64,000 bases of DNA from a virus (lineage: Duplodnaviria; Caudoviricetes): the IMG/VR virus record IMGVR_UViG_3300027971_004105; one strand, 5' to 3'. Shown piece after piece: positions 26,501-35,779 of the stretch; the first letter of the stretch is position 1, and each line of letters opens with the position of its first letter. Position numbers and translations under genes: made by a program. The notes below the pieces were generated by a model. It made no database searches and was not told where the DNA came from. It saw only the letters and a program-made list of their open reading frames with translations.

Positions 26501-28947
26501 TGAATGATGCAATTATTTTTCCAAGTTCGGCTTTTGGCAACATAGTGCCAGACACTGTGTACTATGTGAAAGAATTAGTGAATGCTGCCACCATAAGAAT
26601 AAGTGAAACTCCTGGTGGTGCAGTGTTTGTGCTCACAGGAGCCACTGGTGTAGGATATTTTGTAGCGGGTAGAATAATAGGACAAAGAGTGCAAATCATA
26701 GAAGGCACAGGCAGAGGTCAGTACGGAGTGATATCCTACTATGACCATCCCAACAAAAGTATCAGCGTGGTGAGACAGTTTGATGGATTACCTGGTTTTG
26801 AACATCTTTTGGGAGGGTTGGCCATTGAACCTGTGTTGGATGGATCCACCAAATACAGCATTGAACCTTTGGCATCTTTTTCAGATCCCACATATTCTGT
26901 CAGCAACACCACACTGCCCATCAGTGCCACATGGGGAGTGGTAGGATCAGCGCGATTCGGCAGCACCAATGTCACTGTGGTACTCAGTGCCAGCGGTGGA
27001 TATTTTACCACCAACGGCAGCACTTGGACAGCCTGCACAGGATTGGCTCCAGTGAATTATCTTTATACAGCTCGCAGCAGCACTCATTTATTGGCCATAT
27101 CTACCAATGCTATATCCGGCACCACCACAGGATCCACTTGGACAGGATTAACCACTCCAGGAGGTTATGGTTCATTCACCAGCATCTCATGTGAACAGGA
27201 TATTTTTATTATTACCACCAATCAGGGTTTTGTATTGAGATCCGCAGACAATGGAGTATCGTGGACTGCAGCAGAAGTAGCGCCTTATGATGGATCCACA
27301 CCAGCGCTCACACATTCAGCCGGTGGATCAGGTCTGTTTATTGTGTGTGATGATCTGGGACAAACTTATGAAAGTCCCAATCTAGGTGTGAGTTGGTATC
27401 AAGGACCTGACATAGGCAGCACAGGAATAAATGTGAAGGACATTGTGTATGGCAACAATAGATTTGTGGCAGCTTGCAATGATAATCCCAATGACTCCAG
27501 CACATTGAGCAACAGATTTTATTACACACTGGCCAACCAGAGCACTGTGGCAGCATCTAACATCACTGTGTGGCAGCCCAGTGAATTACCACCAGAGTCA
27601 GATCAATATGTGATCAGTTACAGTCAAGGATGTTTTGTGGCTGTCACTGAATCAGGAGATCTTGCAGAAAGTATTGACGGTAAGCATTGGAAAGTTTTAG
27701 GCACTCAGTTGCCCATCGGAGGTCCTGGAATTTTTGTACAAATCACTGGTGGATCAGTGAATGGTCCATGTTTTATTCCTTTGACTGATACAAGTACCAA
27801 TCAGATCAAGGTGATCAGATATGGAGCAAGAGCTTTGGGTAGAATAAGAACTAATGCTGGAAGAATCAGTCAGATTGAATTGATAGAACCAGGCAGTGGA
27901 TATTCAATCGCACCTACCATCACAGTGGTGGATAATGAAAATGTTATTGATGCTCTTTATTCCGTGAGAACCAACAATGGTACCATAAGTCAACCCACAT
28001 TTACCAACAGAGGCACAGGATTTTTAAACGTGAGTGCCACAGTTAGCGGCGATGGATTGGCTGACAAATATCAAACAGGAAAATTTTTAACAATTAAAAA
28101 TTTATCTAGATTGCCCAGCCCAGGTGACAATGTGGAATTTGCTAACATTCCCAACTCACTGTTTAAATTGGGTAATTTTGTTCAATTGGGTGGTGTAGAA
28201 CCTAATATTTTCGGCACATTAAGAGTGAGTCCAGGAGTGGATGCTTTCTTGTCACCAGGTCATAATGAGTCAATCACCATCAGACAAAATTACAGTCAGG
28301 TTAGATTGACAGGTCATGATTTTTTAGACATCGGCACAGGTAATAAATTCACAACCAATTATCCAGATCTTTACAAAACAGGATTCACTGCAGGTTATGA
28401 ACCTGCACAATTCAATGAAGTGGTTGAGTCAGGTGGAGGACGTGTGTTCTACACCAGCACAGATCAAAATGGTAACTTCCGAGTGGGAGAACAATTCAGA
28501 GTGGAACAGAACACTGGTATTGTGACATTAAGTGCAGATTTCTTCACACTGGATGGTCTGACTGAATTGGCTCTGGGTGGAGTGGTATTGGGTGGATCAG
28601 GAGCAGTGATACGTGAATTCAGCATAGATGCCACCATGGCAGCCAACAGTGACAACATAGTACCCACACAGAAAGCAATCATAGCTTACATACAAAGTAG
28701 AATTTCAGGTGGTGGATCCTCTTTGAACGTGTCTATTCTAAGGGCAGGTGCCATACAGATACAAAATGACTTCATATTTAATGTGGGTGGAGAGCCTATA
28801 CAGATAAATTCACCGGTGAATTTCAAGGCAGGAATCAAAGGATCCATGCTGGCATTGAATTATTTCTTGGGTGGAGTAGCTTCCACAGAGCTCAACGAAG
28901 GTGATGCTGTGAGTGGGATAGACACCAGCAATGGATATGGTAGTTAG
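23563..28947 (+). CDS. Large tail/baseplate fibre protein with eight CBM5/12-like repeats, beta-helix and propeller-like regions
   Basis: 1794 aa; W.....Y..(G/N)D.V.YGG..Y.C repeats; KSPYVQNV; SQVRLTGHDFLDIGTG; paralogue of 28984. Confidence 0.75.
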   Translation: MPEFKIERIRFRWRDSWSATTVYIKDDVVRFGAKVYVCLIAHTANANFYTDFDNASPKWSQMLDGQSWTGDWTPSTFYKINDIAKLGSTLWICLEPHTSNADAEDALSGDEAKWTVFAEGENWRGDWTPSTAYIKGDLIRYGGRLYLCALYHVSATALEGLELDLPNWTLYTRNLDYKLEWNVNTRYRSDELVKYGGIVYRVITGHQSAVSNVYVNPNFTTDSVAGMGAAFKVFRVGAVYHVQFTNTGMDFSASDQITVLGTQLGGFAPSNNLIITALSVETDGAIINYSVTGTAEITADGLEADFGKFETVIDGIEYKGDYTQYTRYKKNDIVKYGGSSLWICMDATNVGVFADSAVLDESKWDIWLPGLGFEALWSATTYYQQGDVVMYGGYSYVCLLSNINVLPTVAVDSSSAWELMVPGYNLRGDWQDDDSTATTQYKTGDVVRSGGNLYIAVRDNAGDLPLEETAYDPGTDSPYPWQLLVTGKRWRGPWYEVDPVTQQNRFYYPGDVVTVAGTTFACVEYHEADISAAKPTLDLESEAVGPLWVKLAQGGVANVLEHVGDIKTIGDDSVTFALNIGTSGESLQITNSIPDWKPQDVITNVFYVSTEGVNALNRGTTLQTAFRTVKYACDFVNADKLSRTPATIFIKTGIYEEILPINVPYDTALVGDELRSTSIRPAEGYEGSNMFYVNNGSGIRNMSLQGLYGTLGANNQYLTKRPSGGAFVSLNPGNSPSDTTAWITTKSPYVQNVSTFGTGCVGLKVDGDLHNGGNKSVVANDFTQIISDGIGFWVKGEGKSELVSVFTYYCHIGYLAEDGGKVRGTNGNNSYGAYGAVAEGFSLAETPITAEIDNQSGEALINSVYNDENQIFCFGYSHTGQDYTSATVTITGSGAGAAAFIGYDNTRYQSISEVRLTDPLDSGITGGLGYTNILGNAQGGDDNSILLAAQYEPQYEKLFTATSGNPANTITVQNITEMNVNDAIIFPSSAFGNIVPDTVYYVKELVNAATIRISETPGGAVFVLTGATGVGYFVAGRIIGQRVQIIEGTGRGQYGVISYYDHPNKSISVVRQFDGLPGFEHLLGGLAIEPVLDGSTKYSIEPLASFSDPTYSVSNTTLPISATWGVVGSARFGSTNVTVVLSASGGYFTTNGSTWTACTGLAPVNYLYTARSSTHLLAISTNAISGTTTGSTWTGLTTPGGYGSFTSISCEQDIFIITTNQGFVLRSADNGVSWTAAEVAPYDGSTPALTHSAGGSGLFIVCDDLGQTYESPNLGVSWYQGPDIGSTGINVKDIVYGNNRFVAACNDNPNDSSTLSNRFYYTLANQSTVAASNITVWQPSELPPESDQYVISYSQGCFVAVTESGDLAESIDGKHWKVLGTQLPIGGPGIFVQITGGSVNGPCFIPLTDTSTNQIKVIRYGARALGRIRTNAGRISQIELIEPGSGYSIAPTITVVDNENVIDALYSVRTNNGTISQPTFTNRGTGFLNVSATVSGDGLADKYQTGKFLTIKNLSRLPSPGDNVEFANIPNSLFKLGNFVQLGGVEPNIFGTLRVSPGVDAFLSPGHNESITIRQNYSQVRLTGHDFLDIGTGNKFTTNYPDLYKTGFTAGYEPAQFNEVVESGGGRVFYTSTDQNGNFRVGEQFRVEQNTGIVTLSADFFTLDGLTELALGGVVLGGSGAVIREFSIDATMAANSDNIVPTQKAIIAYIQSRISGGGSSLNVSILRAGAIQIQNDFIFNVGGEPIQINSPVNFKAGIKGSMLALNYFLGGVASTELNEGDAVSGIDTSNGYGS

Positions 28948-28952
28948 TATGA

Positions 28953-28958
28953 TAAATA
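28953..28958 (+). promoter_or_regulatory. TAAATA late-promoter-like motif
   Basis: Intergenic; SD AAGGA before ATG 28984. Confidence 0.6.
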
Positions 28959-28983
28959 ACAACACAACAAGGAAATCATAACA

Positions 28984-31900
28984 ATGGCTGAGTTTAAATT
29001 AGGTAGGATTAGGTTCATTTGGAAAGGTGCCTGGATCACTGCCGTTGAGTATTTTATCGATGATGTGATAAGATATGGTGGCCGTACCTATATCTGCGTG
29101 GTGGGACACACCAGCGGTACTTTTCAAACAGATTTAACTGCTGCAAAATGGAACCTGATGAGTGATGGTCAGGAGTGGAAAGCCAACTGGTCTTTGAACA
29201 CCACATATAAACCCAATGACATTGTGAAATATGGTGGGTATTTGTACATTGCCAACGAAGGACACACTTCAGCTGCCACAACCACTTTGGGATTGGAAGC
29301 AGATCAATCCAAATGGGATTTATTTTCAGAAGGATTTGATTACAAATCAGATTGGGCAATCAGTACCAGATACAAAGTAAATGATTTAGTCAAGTACGGT
29401 GCATACATCTACACCTGTATCACTGCACACACATCAGCTGCCACCACCACTTTAGGTTTGGAAAATGATATTGGCAACTGGGAAGTTTTCTCCAAAGGAT
29501 TCAATTGGTTGAATGCTTGGGCTACCACTACCAGATACAAATTGGGAGACGTGGTCAGATACGGTGGACAACTGTACGTGGCCAACCTAGGACACACTTC
29601 AAATGCATCAGCCACACTGTTGGGTGGTGGATTGGAAGCGGATCAAGCCAAGTGGGATTATCTACACAAAGGTATTGAATATAAATCAGATTGGGCAGGT
29701 ACCACCAGATACAAAATCAATGATGTGGTCAAGTGGGGACCAAGTCTTTGGATCTGTACCACTTATCACGTTTCTACTGCCACACTCACTGCAGATCAAG
29801 CCAACTGGGCTGTGTTTGTACCAGGATTAGAATTTGAAGATTCATGGAGTTCCGCAACCAACTATCAGATAGGTGACTTTGTGACCTATGGTGGTTATGG
29901 TTACGTGGCCAAGACCAATAGTTTGAATAAAAACCCCAACACCTATGCAGGTGTGGATTGGGATCTATTTGTAACAGGATTCCGTCTAAGAGGTGATTAC
30001 AACAACGGCACTGCATATCTCAATGGTGATGTGGTACGCTTGGGAGGATTCACTTATATCTGTATTGAAGACAGCACAGGCAACAGACCACCCAATGTGA
30101 CCTACTGGGACAAACTCAACGAAGGAATCTATTGGAAAGGCAACTGGGCCAATGCCACTCTGTATGACAAAGGTGATGTGGTACGAGGAATTATTAATAC
30201 CAACAATTCATATATTTGTATACTGGCTCACACTTCCAACAACGTGGGACCTGCCACAATCACACAACCAGATTATGCACCAGGAGCTGGAGTGGACACT
30301 GGCACATATTGGCAACTATTATCGGGAGGTGCAGAAAGCACAGCACTGACCACACAAGGAGATTTATTATTGTACGGACCATCAGGTCCTACTAGATTAC
30401 CAATTGGACTTTCAGGTCAAACATTATTGGTGAACTCTGCAGGCACGCTGCCTGAATGGGGTTACTTTGGAAAGATTGACAATGTATGGTACGTGGCTCT
30501 ATCAGGTGTGGATGCACCAGCTCCAGACTACGGTGCCACATTGAACCAACCTTGGAGAACCATTCAATATGCTCTTAAAGAAATAGACAAAGGACCGTTG
30601 TATCCTAAAGCAAAAAATTTATTAGTGAGAAACAAAGCATTCATACAGAGAGAAACTGTGGCCTACATAAATGCCACGTTCCAAGCCACTTGTACCAACA
30701 CCACCACAAGCACCAATCTAATCACCTGCAACAGCACTGTGAATCTTAGAGTGGGCATGAGAGTGGAATTCACTGGCACCACATTTGGCGGAGTAAGCAC
30801 TGTGACTGAATATTATATCATCACTAAAACATCTACGCAGATCAGTGTGAGTCTCACACCCACAGGTTCAGCAGTTGCACTCAGCACCGCTGCAGGAACT
30901 ATGGTGGTAAAATTAAAATATGACAGTGCCAAATGTCTAAGAGATATAGGACAAATCATTGATGCTGTGCAATGGGATTTGAGTCATGGTGGCAATGAGA
31001 AATCAAGATTGGCTGCTATTTCTTATTACACAGGCAGCGGATCATATGTGTATGGTCAGGAAACAGAGACCAGTGCTGCTATTGAATTTGCCAAGACCGT
31101 GATTGATGCTGCCATTTCCAATGACGCAGCTTATGTAGAATTGCAAGCGGTTGTGTCACAAGTGATTGACAACGATATTATGGAAGAACCTCAAGCACAA
31201 GGTTTGATAGAATCATTAATGGACATCATCATAGATGCAATCACAGCAGGCGATGTAGATGATGTGCCAGCTGAGATTATTGCCGGCAACACTGTGAATG
31301 TGAAGACAGGAATATTTTATGAAGTATTGCCCATACGTGTGCGCGAAAGCACAGCCATTGTGGGAGATGAGTTGAGAAGCACCAACATCAGACCTGCTCC
31401 CAGCTATGTAAATATTTCAGACACTCCATACACATTGCTAGGCATTGACAGATTAGAAAATATCATTGATGATATTATTACCAACACTCCTGTATCAGCC
31501 ACAGCAGCTGGATATGTCACATCAGTGTCCACACCAGTACAAGATGTCAACAGAACTTCTGGAGTATACACCAACAGAACAGTGACTGGTGGAACAGGCA
31601 GTGGCGCAACATTTAATGTCACTGTGAATGCCACAGGTTTCGTAACTCTAATCACTGTGAACACTTCAGGCACAGGCTACACAGTGGGCAACACTCTTAC
31701 CATAGCATCAGGACAATTGGGAGTCAGCAGTTTGGCTGCCACTTTCACTGTGAGCACTGTGGGCGCCGGCAACACTATTACACAAAATGTGAGTGCTCCA
31801 GCAGGATCTGCTCCAGCAGCAGCCGCAGCAGTGAGCATTGTGGAAGACATTTATGATTATATCAACTACAATGTGATTGGTGACAGTTCCAGTCCCGAGC

Positions 31901-34900
31901 CCACTGTGAGTGGTTCTAATCTGCCTCAGACTGCAATTGGTTACACAGATGCTGTGTTGAGATTGATTGAAAATAGAGAATTTTTAGCCACTGAAGTGGT
32001 GGAATACACCAAAAAAACCAATCCTGGTGCTTTCCTTACATATTTCACAGCAGACAACGAGTTGTCTTGCAAAAGAGATGTGAGAGAATATGTGGATGCA
32101 GTGGCCCATGATTTGATCTACACCGGCAATTACAAAGCCATCGTGGCTGCCAAGTATTATGAAACTGCTGTGACCGGCAGTGTGGCTTCGGACATGTTCT
32201 ACATGAGAAACGGCACAGGATTAAGAAACTGCACACTGCAAGGATTGACAGGCTCATTGGGTGCTGCTAACGCCTACGGCACACAGAGACCCACTGCTGG
32301 AGCCTACGTATCATTGGATGCAGGTTGGGGACCATCACATGAAGATGTGTGGATCACTAACAAATCACCCTATGTGCAAAACGTATCCACATTCGGCACA
32401 GGTTGTGTGGGATTAAAAGTGGATGGCGCACTGCACAACGGTGGAAATGATTCAGTGGTGGCCAATGACTTCACACAAATTTTATCAGATGGTATCGGAT
32501 TCTGGGTGACCAACCTAGGTAGATCAGAATTAGTTTCTGTGTTCAGTTACTACAATCACATTGGATACCTAGCTGAAAATGGTGGCAAAGTGCGTGCTAC
32601 CAACGGTAATAACTCATATGGAAAATTTGGATCAGTGTCTGAAGGTGGAGATGCTTCAGAAGTTCCAGTCACATGCGTGGTCAACAACAAAAGCACAGAT
32701 GCCACAGTGGGAAATACTTTCACAGATGGTGATAGAATATTGGCTTTGGAGTATACCAATGCTGGAACCAATTACACCACAGCAGCCACACTGACCATAT
32801 CAGGAGATGGTTTTGGTCTTGCTGGTACCACTGCCACAGTGCGCAACGGTGCTGTGTATGAAATTAGATTAGATGAAACTGTCACATCACCTGAGAGCAA
32901 CTATGGTGGTGATGGATATATCACAGCCAGCAACGTGTCTCAAAACGGCACTGATAAAACTATCACTATTTCCAACACTGACACATCATTGGCCAGTCAG
33001 TTGACCGGATTATCCATATACATCACTGAAGGATTAGGAGCAGGACAGTATGCTTACGTGGTGGGATTCAATGCAGGTACCAAGGTTGTCAAAGTGGCCC
33101 GACCTTCATTCACATCATTCACAGTCACAGCTGCCACAGCGTCAAATGATAGATTCACTTGTGCTAGCAGCAGCACATTAGACATTAACATGCCCATCAT
33201 GTTCAGCGGCACAGCATTTGGTGGAGTGACCACCACTGCTACCAATCCAACCATTTACTATGTGTTGAGCAAGCCCACTGGAACCACATTCACTATCAGT
33301 ACCACACCAGGTGGATCAACTTTTGATGTCTCGGCTGATGCTGTAGGCACCATGACCATACACAAAGCAGGTTGGGATCATTTGGTTAACACCACTTGTA
33401 CCAACACCACAGTGAGCACAGATGTGATCACCTGTGCATCCACTGCAGGATTGTATGTGGGTGCAGCAGTGCAGTTTGATGGCACCACATTTGGTGGCAT
33501 AAATCCATACACTCAATACTATGTGATCAGCACAGGATTCACAGCAACACAATTCAAAGTCAGCACTTCTTTGGGCGGCGCAGCAGTCACGCTCAGCACT
33601 GCTGCAGGCACCATGAGTGTGAGATTGGTAGAAGTTATATTAGACGGTACCACCAAGTATGACTATGCTCCACGCATTATTGTGAGTGCTCCTCCTTCAG
33701 GTATCACAACCATTGCCAGAGCAGTGGTCACAGCAGAAAAAATATCTGCCATTAGAATTATTGAACCAGGTTCAGGCTATGTGACGGCTCCTACAGTGAC
33801 CATAGTGGATCCCAGCAACACAGTGGAAGCACCTGTGGAAGTTTTCATTGGCAATGGAGCTTTGGGTCAACCCACATTCACCAACAGAGGATTATCATTT
33901 TTGACAGCCGTAACCACAGTGACCGAAACAGGCGTGGTACGCACTGTGAGTGGCATCACCAATGCCAACCCAGGAGTGGTCACAACTTCAACCAACCACA
34001 CTTACACCAGTGGACAAAAAGTTATTTTTGCAAACGTGGCTGGCATGTTCCAAATCAACAGCGGAGTGTACTACTATGTGAATGTGTTGACTCCAACCAC
34101 TTTTTCATTGTATGTGGATTCAGCACTGACTGTGCCTTTGAACACCACTGACTACGGAGTTTACATTGCTTCATTGGGCACTGTGACAGAATTTGGCGGA
34201 TTTAGAAACAGTCTACAGAATGGCAAATTCATACAAGTGGAAGGATTGACGCAAATTCCACAGGCAGGAGCCAATGTAGAATTTGCTTCATTGCCAGGCA
34301 ACTATTACAAACTGGTAACTGTGCAGAATCTATTGGGCACACAGTATCCATTCACTGCACTGTTGCAAGTGAGCCCACAGATAGAAGTGTCAGAAGCACC
34401 ACCGCATGGTGATCCTGTCACAATTAAAATTAGATATTCGCAAATCAGATTAACAGGTCACGATTTCTTAGACATAGGTACAGGTGGTTTTACTAGCACA
34501 AACTATCCTGGCATACCTTTAACTCCTGCTGATCCAGACAACGAGACTGTGGAATCAGGTGGAGGACGTGTGTTCTTTACCAGCACAGATCAAGACGGTA
34601 ACTTCCGAGTGGGAGATTTATTCTCAGTGGAGCAGAGCACAGGTGTGGCCACATTGAATGCTGATGCGTTCAATATTTCAGGATTACAAGAACTTCAGTT
34701 GGGTGAATTAGTATTGGGAGGCAGCAGTGCTTCTATCAATGAATTCTCCACAGATGGTACAATGGCAGCCAACAGTGACCAAATTGTGCCCACACAGAGA
34801 GCGATTAGAACATATATAGCTAGTCAAATCGGTGGTGGAGCCAGCAGTTTGAACGTGAACCAAATCACAGCAGGTTTGATCACAATATTTGCTTCAACCA

Positions 34901-35004
34901 TTGAGACCACCACTGGAGTGACAATAAACTTTGAATCCCCTGTGAATTTCACAGCAGGAGTTAACGGAGCGCCCGTAGCAATGGGGCTTTTCCTACAAGG
35001 ATAA
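28984..35004 (+). CDS. Large tail/baseplate fibre protein, paralogue of 23563
   Basis: 2006 aa; MAEFKLGRIRF start, eight N-terminal repeats, KSPYVQNV, SQIRLTGHDFLDIGTG, DQDGNFRVG. Confidence 0.75.
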   Translation: MAEFKLGRIRFIWKGAWITAVEYFIDDVIRYGGRTYICVVGHTSGTFQTDLTAAKWNLMSDGQEWKANWSLNTTYKPNDIVKYGGYLYIANEGHTSAATTTLGLEADQSKWDLFSEGFDYKSDWAISTRYKVNDLVKYGAYIYTCITAHTSAATTTLGLENDIGNWEVFSKGFNWLNAWATTTRYKLGDVVRYGGQLYVANLGHTSNASATLLGGGLEADQAKWDYLHKGIEYKSDWAGTTRYKINDVVKWGPSLWICTTYHVSTATLTADQANWAVFVPGLEFEDSWSSATNYQIGDFVTYGGYGYVAKTNSLNKNPNTYAGVDWDLFVTGFRLRGDYNNGTAYLNGDVVRLGGFTYICIEDSTGNRPPNVTYWDKLNEGIYWKGNWANATLYDKGDVVRGIINTNNSYICILAHTSNNVGPATITQPDYAPGAGVDTGTYWQLLSGGAESTALTTQGDLLLYGPSGPTRLPIGLSGQTLLVNSAGTLPEWGYFGKIDNVWYVALSGVDAPAPDYGATLNQPWRTIQYALKEIDKGPLYPKAKNLLVRNKAFIQRETVAYINATFQATCTNTTTSTNLITCNSTVNLRVGMRVEFTGTTFGGVSTVTEYYIITKTSTQISVSLTPTGSAVALSTAAGTMVVKLKYDSAKCLRDIGQIIDAVQWDLSHGGNEKSRLAAISYYTGSGSYVYGQETETSAAIEFAKTVIDAAISNDAAYVELQAVVSQVIDNDIMEEPQAQGLIESLMDIIIDAITAGDVDDVPAEIIAGNTVNVKTGIFYEVLPIRVRESTAIVGDELRSTNIRPAPSYVNISDTPYTLLGIDRLENIIDDIITNTPVSATAAGYVTSVSTPVQDVNRTSGVYTNRTVTGGTGSGATFNVTVNATGFVTLITVNTSGTGYTVGNTLTIASGQLGVSSLAATFTVSTVGAGNTITQNVSAPAGSAPAAAAAVSIVEDIYDYINYNVIGDSSSPEPTVSGSNLPQTAIGYTDAVLRLIENREFLATEVVEYTKKTNPGAFLTYFTADNELSCKRDVREYVDAVAHDLIYTGNYKAIVAAKYYETAVTGSVASDMFYMRNGTGLRNCTLQGLTGSLGAANAYGTQRPTAGAYVSLDAGWGPSHEDVWITNKSPYVQNVSTFGTGCVGLKVDGALHNGGNDSVVANDFTQILSDGIGFWVTNLGRSELVSVFSYYNHIGYLAENGGKVRATNGNNSYGKFGSVSEGGDASEVPVTCVVNNKSTDATVGNTFTDGDRILALEYTNAGTNYTTAATLTISGDGFGLAGTTATVRNGAVYEIRLDETVTSPESNYGGDGYITASNVSQNGTDKTITISNTDTSLASQLTGLSIYITEGLGAGQYAYVVGFNAGTKVVKVARPSFTSFTVTAATASNDRFTCASSSTLDINMPIMFSGTAFGGVTTTATNPTIYYVLSKPTGTTFTISTTPGGSTFDVSADAVGTMTIHKAGWDHLVNTTCTNTTVSTDVITCASTAGLYVGAAVQFDGTTFGGINPYTQYYVISTGFTATQFKVSTSLGGAAVTLSTAAGTMSVRLVEVILDGTTKYDYAPRIIVSAPPSGITTIARAVVTAEKISAIRIIEPGSGYVTAPTVTIVDPSNTVEAPVEVFIGNGALGQPTFTNRGLSFLTAVTTVTETGVVRTVSGITNANPGVVTTSTNHTYTSGQKVIFANVAGMFQINSGVYYYVNVLTPTTFSLYVDSALTVPLNTTDYGVYIASLGTVTEFGGFRNSLQNGKFIQVEGLTQIPQAGANVEFASLPGNYYKLVTVQNLLGTQYPFTALLQVSPQIEVSEAPPHGDPVTIKIRYSQIRLTGHDFLDIGTGGFTSTNYPGIPLTPADPDNETVESGGGRVFFTSTDQDGNFRVGDLFSVEQSTGVATLNADAFNISGLQELQLGELVLGGSSASINEFSTDGTMAANSDQIVPTQRAIRTYIASQIGGGASSLNVNQITAGLITIFASTIETTTGVTINFESPVNFTAGVNGAPVAMGLFLQG

Positions 35005-35032
35005 CAAGAGTACAACAAAAGGAGAACAGTAA

Positions 35033-35353
35033 ATGGCAACAGGAAGATTGGGAGCGTCGGATTTAACCGCAGCTGCCTTAACAACAGTATATACCTGTCC
35101 AGCTGATACGTTTGCAATAGTTGCTGTAAACTTCCTAAATCGAGGCAATCAAGCTCAAACTTTTAGATTGGCTGTGGCTACCACAGCTACTCCTACAGTG
35201 GGTGAGTACATTGAATACGATGTGGAAGTGCTGTCCAAAGGAGTTCTAGAAAGAACTGGTTTGGTATTGGCAGCAACACAAAGATTAGTGGCATACGCAT
35301 CGGGTGGCAACGCTAGCGTGGTGGTTTACGGCATTGAAACATCAACTGCATAA
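35033..35353 (+). CDS. Small beta-sandwich-type virion protein
   Basis: 106 aa; SD AAGGAG; paralogue of 11453 and 21037. Confidence 0.65.
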   Translation: MATGRLGASDLTAAALTTVYTCPADTFAIVAVNFLNRGNQAQTFRLAVATTATPTVGEYIEYDVEVLSKGVLERTGLVLAATQRLVAYASGGNASVVVYGIETSTA

Positions 35354-35368
35354 ATCACGGCAATAGCA

Positions 35369-35374
35369 TAAATA
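35369..35374 (+). promoter_or_regulatory. TAAATA motif upstream of the Cys-rich cluster
   Basis: Intergenic; SD AAGGA before ATG 35398. Confidence 0.6.
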
Positions 35375-35397
35375 CAAGCAAACATAAGGACTAAAAC

Positions 35398-35730
35398 ATG
35401 GGAAGATACATATCAACAACCGGAACCGCTGGTATAGTTATACGTGAAGTTAGTACAACGTATCAAGCAGTTGTGAATGATAGAATTTTGGCTAACTCTG
35501 CAGCAGCAGCCTTCACTATCACTTTGCCACTGAGCACTGGACTGTTGAACAATGACACCATTCAAATCATAGACGTTGGCAACTTAGCAGGAACCAACAA
35601 CATCACTGTGGCTAGAAACGGTGCACTGATCAACGGAGCAGCTGACAATTTAACAATTGACTTGAATCAAGCAATTGTGACTTTGATTTATACAGGCGTA
35701 ACTTATGGTTGGATTGTTGCCGCAGTGTAA
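35398..35730 (+). CDS. Small fibre-associated protein resembling the T4 gp34 N-terminal repeat domain
   Basis: FTITLP....NDTIQIID...TNNITVARNGALING pattern. Confidence 0.6.
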   Translation: MGRYISTTGTAGIVIREVSTTYQAVVNDRILANSAAAAFTITLPLSTGLLNNDTIQIIDVGNLAGTNNITVARNGALINGAADNLTIDLNQAIVTLIYTGVTYGWIVAAV

Positions 35731-35779
35731 TTGATTTTAATAATCACACAGCATCACAATCTACAAAAGAATTAATAGT

